Source of the DNA: an uncultured delta proteobacterium
Lineage (GTDB): Bacteria; Myxococcota_A; Polyangia; Haliangiales; Haliangiaceae
Assembly: GCA_963848295.1 (NCBI GenBank)
Contig: CAWKDB010000010.1
Span: forward strand, 2,336,001-2,400,000
Length of the DNA: 64,000 nt
Direction of reading: 5' to 3'
The notes under the pieces are model-generated. The model ran no database searches and was not told the DNA's origin. It saw only the letters and a list, made by a program, of their open reading frames with translations. Below are positions 9,678-19,700 of the stretch, one piece after another. The stretch's first letter is position 1. Every line of letters starts with the position of its first letter. Made by a program: the position numbers and the translations under genes.

Positions 9678-9703
9678 GGCCTGGGCTTCGGTTATGATGA
9701 CGT

Positions 9704-10975
9704 ATGCGCGTCATCGCGGGGCTCGTAACGGTAGCGGCGTGTTACGCGCCGCATCCGCAGCTCGGTGCGCAGTGCGGCCCGAACGGCGAGTGCCCGTCGG
9801 GTCTGACGTGCATCGACGACAAGTGCGGTGGTAGCGAACCGATCGACGCGCCGCTGTCGAGCGAAGGGCTGCCGCCCGACGCGCCGCCGCCCGACGCGAC
9901 CCCGGCGTGCGTGATGTGGGGTGCGCAGCGCTACTTCGATCCGTGCATGCTGCCGATGCCGATGGGCGACCTCGACCTGGTGTCGAACGGCCAGAACCCC
10001 GGCTACATCCTCCATACCGATTCCGGGGTGCTGACCGACCGCAGCAACATGACGCAGATCGCGATCGCGACGATGACGAATCCGAACGATGGCTCACTGC
10101 TCGTGTCGGTGTCGAGCTTGGAGATCGAGTCTGGCGCGAGCCTACGCGTCGACGGTCCGGTGCCGGTCGAGATCGCATCGTGGAGCACGATCACGATCGA
10201 CGGCGGGCTCGATGTCGCGGGCCATCACATTTTCGGCAACTCCGGCGCGGGCAGCAACCCGAGCACGTGCCACGACGGCGGCGGCGGCATGGACGGCGAT
10301 GCGACCGACGGCGCGGGCGGCGGCGGCGGCGGCGGCGGCAACCAGAACGGCGGCGACGGCGGCAACGGCAGCCTCGGCAAGGGCGGCCGGCATGGCTCGC
10401 TCGAGCAAGGGACACCCACGATCGTCCAGGGCGGTTGCGACGGCGGCCACGGCGGCATGGGCGGCGGCGGGCAGTCGGGCAACGGCTCCGGCGGCGGCGC
10501 GGTCCACCTCGACGCCGCAACGTCGATCGCGATCTCCGGCACGATCAACGCGAGCGGCACCGGCGGCAAGGGCGGGTTCGCCCCCTACGGCGCCGGGGGT
10601 GGCGGTGGTTCCGGCGGGTACATCGGTTTCGAGGCGCCGACCGTCACCGCGATGTCGACCGCGATCATCGTATCGAACGGCGGCGCCGGCGGCGGCGGCG
10701 CGGACGATCTGACCGGCAACGGCTCGCCGGGACAAGACGGTCAAACGTCAAGCTCCGCTGCGATCGGTGGCTCCCCCGGCAGCGTGGACGCGTGCAGCAC
10801 CGCCGGCGGCAATGGTGGCTATGTTCAAGCGAATGCCGGTGTCACGGCGGTCGACGCGACGTGCGGCGGCGGCGGTGGCGGTGGCGCGACCGGCTACATG
10901 ATCAAGATCTCGGGAGACTTCGCGACGGTGCCCGGCGCGATCATCTCACCCGCGCCGAAGCCGCCGAACGACTAA
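9704..10975 (+). CDS. Gly-rich secreted lipoprotein with a Cys-rich N-terminal module
   Basis: Signal ending in VAAC, CGPNGECPSGLTC, repeated GGGGGxGG segments; TATGAT 5 nt before ATG. Confidence 0.75.
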   Translation: MRVIAGLVTVAACYAPHPQLGAQCGPNGECPSGLTCIDDKCGGSEPIDAPLSSEGLPPDAPPPDATPACVMWGAQRYFDPCMLPMPMGDLDLVSNGQNPGYILHTDSGVLTDRSNMTQIAIATMTNPNDGSLLVSVSSLEIESGASLRVDGPVPVEIASWSTITIDGGLDVAGHHIFGNSGAGSNPSTCHDGGGGMDGDATDGAGGGGGGGGNQNGGDGGNGSLGKGGRHGSLEQGTPTIVQGGCDGGHGGMGGGGQSGNGSGGGAVHLDAATSIAISGTINASGTGGKGGFAPYGAGGGGGSGGYIGFEAPTVTAMSTAIIVSNGGAGGGGADDLTGNGSPGQDGQTSSSAAIGGSPGSVDACSTAGGNGGYVQANAGVTAVDATCGGGGGGGATGYMIKISGDFATVPGAIISPAPKPPND

Positions 10976-10992
10976 CAACCTCGCGGGATCGT

Positions 10993-12291
10993 CTAGGTCG
11001 TGGCCGGCTTCGGTGCGCTGAGCGCGACGAACAGACCGAGCGCGACGGCCGCGGCGGCGAGCATGGCCCAGCTGACGAGCCAGCCGGCGGTGATCATCGC
11101 GCCACCGATCGTGGGTGCGATCGTCATCGCGAGCGAGCTCAGCGAGCCGGAGATACCGAGCACGACGCCCTGCTCGAACCGACTGGCCGTTTGCGACATC
11201 TGGCTGGTCAGCACCGGGCGCAACACTCCGTTGCCGAACGACGAGAAGATCGCGGCGATGCCGAGCACGATCACGCTGTACGCGAAGCCGAGCACGACGT
11301 ATGCCGCGATCGCAGACACGAAGCCCGCGATCGCGAGCTTGACCTCGCCGAGCCGCTTGACGAGCCGCCCGATCAAGCCGCCTTGCAAGATGATGCCGAG
11401 CACGCCGCTGAACGTGAACAGCCGGCCGACCTCGTGTGATGTCCACGGCCGGCGCCCGACCGCGATCACGTGAAGCACGTGGGCGAACGAGCTCAACGGG
11501 CCGAAGTCGCCACTCGTCCACAGGTCGGCCGTGAACCTCCGCTCGGCGAACAGCGCGAACCCGGACGTGAACAACGAGAACGCGAACGCGAACAGGATGA
11601 ATCGCACGAACAACGACGCGAGCTCAGGGCGACGAAAATAAGTCGCGTAGGTCTCGAAATCGAATAGCCCCGGACGTTGTCCGCCGGGCCCGGCGACCGG
11701 GCTCGGTTGCGCCTCGGGACGCGCATCCTTGGGTTCGCGCAACAACGTATAGGTGCAGAGGATGCTGCAAGCGGACAGGCCCGCGGCGACGAGAAACGGG
11801 ATCTGGATCCCGTAAGGCGACAGCTCGCTCGCGATCGTCGGGCCGATCGCGAAGCCGATGCCGAACGCGATGCCGATCACGGCGAACGACTGCGCGCGTT
11901 TCTCGGGAGCGGTGTGATCCGAGATGTACGCCTGTGCCGTCGAGAGATTTCCCGCGGTGATGCCATCGATGATGCGACCGGCAAACACGAGCCACAGGCT
12001 GTTCGCGAAGCCGACGATCAGGAAGCCGATGCACGTGCCGGCCTGGCTGACCAACAACAGCCGCCGGCGGCCGTAGCGATCGGACAGCTTACCGATCACC
12101 GGCGTCGCGAACAGCGAGCACGCGGCGTAGCACGACGACACGAGGCCAGCGACGAGCGGCGACGCTCCGAAGTGCTCGACGTAGAACCCCTGCAGCGGGA
12201 GCACGATCGTCAGGCCAAGCACGTCCACGAGCACGATCAGGAAGATCGGCAGAAGCGGGGAGCGCGTGCGCACGACGGTCGAGGATGTCAT
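10993..12291 (-). CDS. MFS transporter (TetA/DHA1-like)
   Basis: GKLSDRYGRR motif A, GRIIDGITAG, FGIGFAIGP motif C; many hydrophobic segments. Confidence 0.9.
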   Translation of the reverse strand: MTSSTVVRTRSPLLPIFLIVLVDVLGLTIVLPLQGFYVEHFGASPLVAGLVSSCYAACSLFATPVIGKLSDRYGRRRLLLVSQAGTCIGFLIVGFANSLWLVFAGRIIDGITAGNLSTAQAYISDHTAPEKRAQSFAVIGIAFGIGFAIGPTIASELSPYGIQIPFLVAAGLSACSILCTYTLLREPKDARPEAQPSPVAGPGGQRPGLFDFETYATYFRRPELASLFVRFILFAFAFSLFTSGFALFAERRFTADLWTSGDFGPLSSFAHVLHVIAVGRRPWTSHEVGRLFTFSGVLGIILQGGLIGRLVKRLGEVKLAIAGFVSAIAAYVVLGFAYSVIVLGIAAIFSSFGNGVLRPVLTSQMSQTASRFEQGVVLGISGSLSSLAMTIAPTIGGAMITAGWLVSWAMLAAAAVALGLFVALSAPKPATT

Positions 12292-12341
12292 GAATCGCAT
12301 GCCCTTGCCCGCGCGGCGCGCCTGACCGATACTGGAGCGGC

Positions 12342-12662
12342 ATGACGATCGCGCGACGAGCGATGGCGGCGTTGACCTGCGCCGCATTTCTCAGCGGCTG
12401 CTTCGGCTACAACCACTCCGCAAAGAAGTGGGCGTACCTCGGAGACACGTTGCTGATCCTCGGAGGCGGTGCGGCGATGGGGGCCGATCTCGCCACGCGC
12501 CCCGGACCGTGCATGGCAGGCGTCATCCCGGGCACCGAGGGTTGCCCGCTCTACACCGCGCCGGTGAGCGGCGGCACGGTCGTCGGTGCGGTGTTGCTCG
12601 CGGCGGGCCTGTTCGGCCTCGTGTTCAATGCGACGCGGCCGACTGTGAAAACATCACGTTAA
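12342..12662 (+). CDS. Small membrane lipoprotein, hypothetical
   Basis: Lipobox LSGC, two further hydrophobic segments. Confidence 0.65.
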   Translation: MTIARRAMAALTCAAFLSGCFGYNHSAKKWAYLGDTLLILGGGAAMGADLATRPGPCMAGVIPGTEGCPLYTAPVSGGTVVGAVLLAAGLFGLVFNATRPTVKTSR

Positions 12663-12668
12663 CTGGGA

Positions 12669-13553
12669 CTACTTGACCTGGAACTTCCAGGTCGCGCCGT
12701 CTTCGCCGGTGCCCAGGTTCTGGCTGCCCGGGATGCTGTAGCTGAAGCGGATCTGACCGCGCGCTTCGTAACTGCCCCTCGGCGCGGTGCACGAGGTCGT
12801 CGCGATCATGGTGTGATCCTCGATCTTCAGCTGGTCGCCTTTGAGCGTCATCGCGTCGCACTTGATGTCTTTCGGAGCTGACAAGTCGAACTGCATCGGC
12901 GCGCTCGGGCTGTAGCTCAGCCACGGCGACAGCTGGACCTTGAAGGTGAGCTGGAACTTGTCGCCGACCCTGACGGTCTGTGGGCCCTCTTGCGACGTCG
13001 TGAAGTCCTTGACGGCGCCGGCGAGCGCGTTCGCCTTCGCGTCGCGGGCGTCGAGCTCTTCCGACGCGGAGTTCGCAGCGACGAGCGCGACCTTGCCATC
13101 GACGTCGACGACGATCGACGACGGACCGGGCCCGAGTCCGAGCTGCTTCGTCAACTTCTTGACGCCGGGACCGAACGCGACCGTGCCGCGGCCGATGCCC
13201 TCGCTCTCGCGGATCGGATCGAGCTTCTTCGCATCGCGCTGGCTGCCGTCGATGTAGGCGACGATGTAGATCTTGCCGGCGTCGCGCAGCGTGATGATGC
13301 GCGCGAGATCGTCGGCGCACGGCTTCGCCTTGGCCGAGCAGAACCAGTGGATCACGACCTTGCCCGCGGCATCCGAGGCCGACGGCGCGTCGTACATCCA
13401 TTGCAGCTTCGGCCATTCCGCCTCGCCGGTCAGGCCGAGCGAGCCACCCGGTTTCGGCAGCGTGGCGACCGGCCCCTTCGAGGTATCCGCGGCGGCCGTG
13501 GTGGCGGCGAACGCGAGCGGAAGCACAAACGCAAGCGAGGTTATGCGTGACAT
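12669..13553 (-). CDS. Secreted protein with a thioredoxin-like domain and a beta-rich C-terminal domain
   Basis: Signal peptide; GKVVIHWFCSAKAKPC resembles TlpA-like GKVVxxxFWaxWCxPC; IVVDVDGKV. Confidence 0.65.
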   Translation of the reverse strand: MSRITSLAFVLPLAFAATTAAADTSKGPVATLPKPGGSLGLTGEAEWPKLQWMYDAPSASDAAGKVVIHWFCSAKAKPCADDLARIITLRDAGKIYIVAYIDGSQRDAKKLDPIRESEGIGRGTVAFGPGVKKLTKQLGLGPGPSSIVVDVDGKVALVAANSASEELDARDAKANALAGAVKDFTTSQEGPQTVRVGDKFQLTFKVQLSPWLSYSPSAPMQFDLSAPKDIKCDAMTLKGDQLKIEDHTMIATTSCTAPRGSYEARGQIRFSYSIPGSQNLGTGEDGATWKFQVK

Positions 13554-13583
13554 GGCCGCTTTATAGCGCGACGAGGGGAAGCC

Positions 13584-15203
13584 GTGTGCTTGCGAGCACG
13601 CGGGTCTCGTGCGTTGCTACGGACGGTGCGCGCGCTCGGGATATTCATGGCGGTGGCCGCCTGTTCGGCCGGCCGCACCCCACGGCCGGTGCCCGTCGCG
13701 GTCCCGAGGCCCGTGCCCGCGCCCGCGCCCGCGTCTGTCCGGGCGCCCGAGCCTGTCCTCGAACCACTCGGCGCAGCCTGCGACGCGGCTCGATCGTGCA
13801 CTCCCGCGCTGACCTGCCTGCCGGTCGCCGGCGGGTTCTGCACCGCGCGCTGCGAAGACGCCGCATGCGCTGGCGCGTGCGTGCCGACCCCGCGCTTCGG
13901 CTCGATCTGCGCGCCGCCGTGCTCGACCGACGCCGATTGCCGCGGCGACGACGCGTTCGTCTGCGACCCGACATGGCATGCCTGCCTGCTGCCGAACCTC
14001 GCCGCGATCGTGCCGCGCACCTGCGCCGCGCAAGCTCACCGCGACCCGGCGGCGGGCGAGGTCACCGCGATCACGACCGATGATTCACCCGGCGGTTCGC
14101 AGCGCTCGCCGACCGCGGTCCTCACCGATGACGGCTCGCTCGTCGCGCTGTACTCGCTCGGCGACGGCGACGGGCTCGGCGGCACCGCAACCGCGCCCGG
14201 ATCCGCCGAGGCGCATGCGCGCGACCCGTCGATCGCGCGTGACCATGCCGGCACGCTGTTCGCGGCGTGGCACGAGCTCGACGCGAACGGACTCGCGCTG
14301 CTCGAGATCGCGAGCTCGCACGATCGCGGCGCGACGTGGTCGCCGCCGGTCACGGCCGACGAGCCGCTCGCGTGCGGCGCGCTCGCCGACGGTGCCTGCT
14401 TCGCGCCGCCGGCCATCGCGGTCGGTCCCGATCCGAGGCGGCGCGGCGCCGAGATCCTCTACGTCGTGCACGGCGGCGGCGATGTCGGCGTGCGGGTGCT
14501 CGCGTCGCACGACGCCGGTGCGACGTTCTCGACGTCGGCGACGCCGCTCGCGGGCGGCGCGGCGAGCGCGGCGGTCGGCAGCGACGGCCGGTTGTACGTC
14601 GTCGCGCTCACCGGAGGCCCGCGTGATGGCTACGGCTCCGCGATGCAGCAGGCCGGCTATGCGGTCTCGGCCGACGCTGGCGAGACGTTCACGCACGGCA
14701 CGATCAGTCCGCGCGACGAGCTCCTGCCGTACTACTTCGCAACGCCCGCGATCGCGCTCGACGATCGCCGGCGCATCCTCTATTTCGCGTATGTCCGCGG
14801 CGGTCGCGATGCGACGTGGGACATCGTGATCGCGGCGACCCGCGACGCAGGTAAGACGTGGAAGCGAGCGATCCTCGGCGATCACTGCGCGTGGCACGCG
14901 GTGCCGACGCTCGCGGTCGATCCGGCCACCGGCGTGCTTCACGTCGCGTATTACGACTCGGCCGGCGACGGCGGCTTCACCCATGCGATCTGCACGATCG
15001 GGGCGGCGAAGTGCGCGGTGCTCGGCGCGCTCGACGACGCGCCCGCGCCGGTATCGACCGTGCGCCATGCCGCGAATGCCCTCGGCGATCGCGCGGTGCT
15101 CGCGATCGATGACCGCGCTCGCGTATTGCACGCGGTGTGGACGCGCGCCGGCTCGGCGGCGAGCCGCATCGTGCAAGTCGTCGTCAAGCTGCCGAAGCGC
15201 TAG
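13584..15203 (+). CDS. Lipoprotein with a Cys-rich domain and BNR/Asp-box (sialidase-like) propeller
   Basis: VAAC lipobox; Asp-boxes SHDRGATWS, SHDAGATFS, SADAGETFT, TRDAGKTWK. Start uncertain. Confidence 0.75.
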   Translation: MCLRARGSRALLRTVRALGIFMAVAACSAGRTPRPVPVAVPRPVPAPAPASVRAPEPVLEPLGAACDAARSCTPALTCLPVAGGFCTARCEDAACAGACVPTPRFGSICAPPCSTDADCRGDDAFVCDPTWHACLLPNLAAIVPRTCAAQAHRDPAAGEVTAITTDDSPGGSQRSPTAVLTDDGSLVALYSLGDGDGLGGTATAPGSAEAHARDPSIARDHAGTLFAAWHELDANGLALLEIASSHDRGATWSPPVTADEPLACGALADGACFAPPAIAVGPDPRRRGAEILYVVHGGGDVGVRVLASHDAGATFSTSATPLAGGAASAAVGSDGRLYVVALTGGPRDGYGSAMQQAGYAVSADAGETFTHGTISPRDELLPYYFATPAIALDDRRRILYFAYVRGGRDATWDIVIAATRDAGKTWKRAILGDHCAWHAVPTLAVDPATGVLHVAYYDSAGDGGFTHAICTIGAAKCAVLGALDDAPAPVSTVRHAANALGDRAVLAIDDRARVLHAVWTRAGSAASRIVQVVVKLPKR

Positions 15204-15316
15204 AGTGACGGCGATTCGTGTTGCGCACTGTTGCGCGGCGAGTTCGCCGAGAACCCACGGCGTGCCGGCGCGTCTACATTCCTGCACGACCCATCACCCT
15301 GGACTGGATCACCGCC

Positions 15317-15796
15317 ATGAAGCTCGTAGCTCTCCCCACGTTCGCGGCGTTGTCATTGTTCGCGCTGGTCGCCGCGGCCGACGGTCCAGCCCGCAAACCG
15401 CCTTCCGCGGCCACGTGCAAACCGAGCGGCGACGTTTCCTTCGAGATCGATCACACGATCCACAAGCCGCAGACGTCGACGTTGAAGATCTACGCGAACG
15501 GCGCGTGGACGCTGACGTCGACCGACAAGACCGGCGCGGCCGGCCCGAGCGGTGGCGCCTGCCTCGACGCGGAGACCTCGGCGCAGGTCAACGACCTCGT
15601 CAAGTCCGCGCCATGGACGACCAAGAGCGTCATCCACTGCATGGCGCGCAACGGCGAAGCGACCGTGTACCTCTCGCACGGCAAGCGGCTGTTCACCGAG
15701 GTGATGTGCAACGGGAACCGGCTCGACGACAAGAGCGCGAGGGCGCTCGAGCAGCTCAAGGCGATCGCCGCGAAGCTCCAGCCCGCGGCGCCGTGA
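15317..15796 (+). CDS. Secreted hypothetical protein
   Basis: Signal peptide MKLVALPTFAALSLFALVAAA; four Cys; typical codon usage. Confidence 0.7.
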   Translation: MKLVALPTFAALSLFALVAAADGPARKPPSAATCKPSGDVSFEIDHTIHKPQTSTLKIYANGAWTLTSTDKTGAAGPSGGACLDAETSAQVNDLVKSAPWTTKSVIHCMARNGEATVYLSHGKRLFTEVMCNGNRLDDKSARALEQLKAIAAKLQPAAP

Positions 15797-15816
15797 ACGC
15801 AGCGTAGCGTACGAGC

Positions 15817-16692
15817 TCAGCGCAACCGCTTCGCGCTGAACGCGAAGCTGATCGAGCTCGCCGGGCCGCCGCGCGCCACGCCGTCCGGTGCGCGAATCAC
15901 GACATCGCCTTGGATGATGTCGTGGAACGTCGTCGAGTCTGCGACCTCTGCGGCCGAGACCACGCCGTCGCCATCGCTATCGGCTGCGAGCCGCACCGTA
16001 TCGGTCGCGGGTAACGACGTGATGAACGACGCGATCGGCGGCGCGATGGCGCCGCGAGCGACGTCGACATCGATCGCGCCGCCGAACCAGCCGACCAGCG
16101 CATCGTTGGTGACCGTCGCCGCGATCATCATGCCGTCGCCCTCGGTCCAACCCACGCCGGCGATGCCGAGCGGATCCGCGAGCGCGACGAGGGGCACGCG
16201 CAGCTCGCCATCGCTCGCGGCGAGGCCGTTGTCGCGCAGCGTGCCGACCGCTCGAGCGAGCACCTTCGGGATCATCATGCCGCCGGCACCATCGGCGAGC
16301 TGCATCCCGCGATCGATCGTGACGCGCGCCTGGCCGTCACTGCACGCGTCGATCGCGATCAGCCACGGCACGTCGGTCGCGAGCCGCTCGGGAAATCGCC
16401 CGGCGACCGCGAACATCGGCTCGAGCGACGTGATCGCATCGTGCGCGAGGCCGAGCGCGTCGTCGGGATGGCCATCGCCGTCGAGGTCGAGCCGCTCCGC
16501 GCGCGGCGCCGCCGGGTCGAGCGAGACCAGCCGATACGTCGTGGTCTGCGCGGCGCAGGTCATCGGGGCGTTATCGAGCCGAGCGGCAGGATCTGGATCG
16601 TCCGGGTTGTCCGCGCAGCCGCCGGACAAAACCGCGCAGACCGTCCACAACCGGACGCTCGTGAATCGAGGAAATAGGTAGTTGCGAGTCAT
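15817..16692 (-). CDS. Hypothetical lipoprotein with DxDGDG Ca-binding-like motifs
   Basis: LSGGC lipobox-like; DLDGDGHPDD and DSDGDGVVS. Start uncertain. Confidence 0.65.
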   Translation of the reverse strand: MTRNYLFPRFTSVRLWTVCAVLSGGCADNPDDPDPAARLDNAPMTCAAQTTTYRLVSLDPAAPRAERLDLDGDGHPDDALGLAHDAITSLEPMFAVAGRFPERLATDVPWLIAIDACSDGQARVTIDRGMQLADGAGGMMIPKVLARAVGTLRDNGLAASDGELRVPLVALADPLGIAGVGWTEGDGMMIAATVTNDALVGWFGGAIDVDVARGAIAPPIASFITSLPATDTVRLAADSDGDGVVSAAEVADSTTFHDIIQGDVVIRAPDGVARGGPASSISFAFSAKRLR

Positions 16693-16740
16693 GCAGCGGC
16701 AACGAGCAAGCGGCGGACCATCGGAGTAGATTCGCCGCCG

Positions 16741-19700
16741 ATGGCAGCGCGGCGGGTCGAAGGGACGGCACTGTTGGTCGCCGGACACGGCGCGATCGAC
16801 GGCAACTTCGACGCGTCGGCGATCCACACGCTCGGCAAGATCGGGGAAACCCTGCTCGCGACCGGCGCGGTCTGGCAGATTCGCCGCCTCAGCGCGGTCG
16901 CCGGCGAGCGCTATCCCGCCGATCGCCCGACGCTCAAGCAGCACCTCGACGAGCTCGTCACCCAACCGGTGCGCGCCGCGATGATCGTCGTGGTCGGCGT
17001 GATCGACGAGCTCGCGACCGGGTCCGCGCTGATCACCGGGCGTAATCACCGCGACTATCCCGACGACGCGACGCTGTCGCTCGCCTGGATCCGCGAACGG
17101 CTCGAGCGAGCGCGCGCCGAGCAGCTGATCGTCGTCGTGTCGGGCCGTGGCGCAGGCCCGGAGCGCTGGCGCGATGCACTCGCGACCGGCCGGCCGAATC
17201 ATCTGATCGCCGCCGCCGCGAGCGACACCGGCGCGCCGATGATCGACGCGCTGCTCGCGGGCTTGCGCGGCGACGCGCTCGATCACCGCACCGGCACGGT
17301 GACGATGAAGAGCCTCGGCGATCACCTCGCCGGCCGGCTCGCGACCGCGGCGCTGCAGCGCGCCGACACGTCGCAGACGCTCGCGCAGTCGCCGCCGCTC
17401 GCCGGCCTGTGGGACGTTCGCCGCTCGCAGCTGACCGCGACCCGGCGGCGCGGACCGCAACCGAGCGGCGAGCTCGACGATCTGACCGGCACCGTGCTGC
17501 CCGGCCGGTTCCGCGTCGACGGCATGATCGCGCGCGGCGCGTTCGGCACGGTCTATCGCGCGCGCCAGCTCGCGGTCGAGCGCGACATCGCGATCAAGGT
17601 GTTGCACGCCGACATCGATCCCGGATCCGACGACGGCCGGCTGTTCGTCCACGAGATCCGCAGCGTCGGCCGCATCGATCATCCGAACGTCGTGCGGATC
17701 TATCAAGCCGACATCGCGCAGGACGGCCGGCTGTTCTACGCGATGGAGCTACTGGACGGTCGCGACCTGCAACAGCTCGTCCCGAGCCCCAAGCTCGCGG
17801 GCGACGGACCTGCGCCGGCGCTCGAGGTCGACGTCGACTCGCCGGTGCCGCAAGATCGCGCGGTCGAGCTCGTGCGCCAGTTGCTCGCGGGCCTGGGCGC
17901 GGCGCACGATGCCGGCCTCGTCCACGCCGACGTCAAGCCGGCGAACGCGATCGTCATCGGCGAGCGCTTGGTGCTCGTCGACTTCGGCTTGGCGCGCTTG
18001 CGCAACCCGGATCGTCCGGCGGAATCGGCGGGCGGCACGCCGGCGTTCATGGCTCCCGAGCAGCTCGCCGACGGTCGCGTCGATGCGCGCAGCGATCTGT
18101 TCTCCGCCGCGCTCGTGCTCGTCGCGCTGCTCACCGGGTGGCGGCGCAAGACCGCGCAGGAGATCGTGCCGCCGCTCGACGGCGTCGCCGATCCGAAGCT
18201 GCGCGCCGTGCTGGCCCGCGCGCTCGCGATCGATCCGGCGCAGCGCTACCCGACCGCGCGCGAGCTCGCCGCGGCGTTGATCGGCACGGCGCTCGCGTCG
18301 ACCGACGTCGCGCCGCCGCCGGTGCTGCCGTTTCGGTTGTTCGCGCCGCTGACCGAAGCCGATCGCGAGCGCTTGCACGGACGCGAAGCGGATATCGCGG
18401 AGCTGATCGAGCACGTGCTGTATCGCCGGACCGTGATCTACACGGCGCCGTCGGGCACCGGCAAGACGTCGCTGCTGCGCGCCGGCCTCGTGCCACGGCT
18501 CGAAGCGCTCGGCGTCGCGGTCGCGTACGTGCGGTGCCGCAACGCGCCGGTCGGTGCGATCGCGCAGGCGATCGTGCCGGGTGCGAGCTCGGTCGCCGAG
18601 GCGATCACGCACCACACCGCGCAGCGCGGCGGCAAGCTGGTCATCGTGCTCGATCAGCTCGAAGCGGTGCTCGCCGACGACGCGGCGAGCGAGCGGCTCG
18701 AAGCCGAGCTCGCGTTCGCGAGCTGGCCGGCGGAAGCCGACGTCGCGCTCGTGCTCGCGATTCGCGAGGATTATCTCGCGCGGCTCGTCGCGCGCGTCCA
18801 GCGGCTCGAGCCCGGCACCCCGGTCTTGCGGCTGCGGCCGCTTCGCCCGGCCGGCGCTCGCGAGGCGATCGTCGCGCCGATCGCCGAGGCGCGGCTCGCG
18901 ATCGAACCGGGGTTGCTCGAGACCCTCCTCGCCGACTTGCAAGGCGCCGCCGCCGCGCTCGCGCCCGAGCTCGGCTGGGGCAGCGAGCCCGCGGTGTATC
19001 CGCCGCACCTCCAGCTCGCATGCTCGGTGCTGTACGAGGCGCTAGATCCCGACGACACCACGCTGACCCTCGCGCACTACCGCGCGCTCGGCGGGTTCGA
19101 CGCGATCGTCGGCGAGCACCTCGAGCGCGTGCTCGACGTCGAGCTCGCCGGTGGCCGCGATGCGATCGCGCGCGACGTGCTGATCGAGCTCGTCACCACA
19201 TCGCACGAACGCGCGATGCGACCGGAGGCGGAGCTGCTCGATAGCGTCGGCGGCAAGCACAGCGTCGCCGAGGTCGCCGACGTCCTCGAGCTGCTCGGCG
19301 CGCGCGGCCTGATCGTGCGGATCCGTGGCGAGTCGAGCGAGCCGGCGTGGGAGCTCGTGCACGATAGCCTCGTGCCGCGCGTGCTCGCGTGGCTCGACAG
19401 CCGCGACCTCGCGCGCCGCCGCGCGATCGAGCTCGTGCGCTATCACGTGCGCCGCTCGCGCTCGGACAACCCGAGCTTGCTCGGCCGGCGCGAATTGCGC
19501 GAGCTGCGCGGTCACGCCGTCGCGATCGCGGAGATCGACGCGCAATGGCGCGCGCAGCACGACGATCGCTGGAGCCCGGCGACACTCGTCGCGCACTCGC
19601 GCTCGGTGCTGCGCCGGCGCACCGGCTCGATCGTCGGCGTGGTCGCAGCGGCGTTTGCGGTCGCCGGCGTCGGCCTTTACGAGGTGCGCGCGAAAGAGGC

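Noticed and set aside
10270..10890. GGC triplet runs (also near 46939-46986)
   Set aside because: Poly-Gly coding linkers in lipoproteins; not an array or mobile element.
17780..17850. Apparent loop insertion in the kinase domain (similar extra segments in the MFS near 11450-11530 and in M16 near 50688-50706) as further copies of the 57-bp element
   Set aside because: No ATCGA duplication 57 bp apart, no shared hairpin and no sequence similarity.
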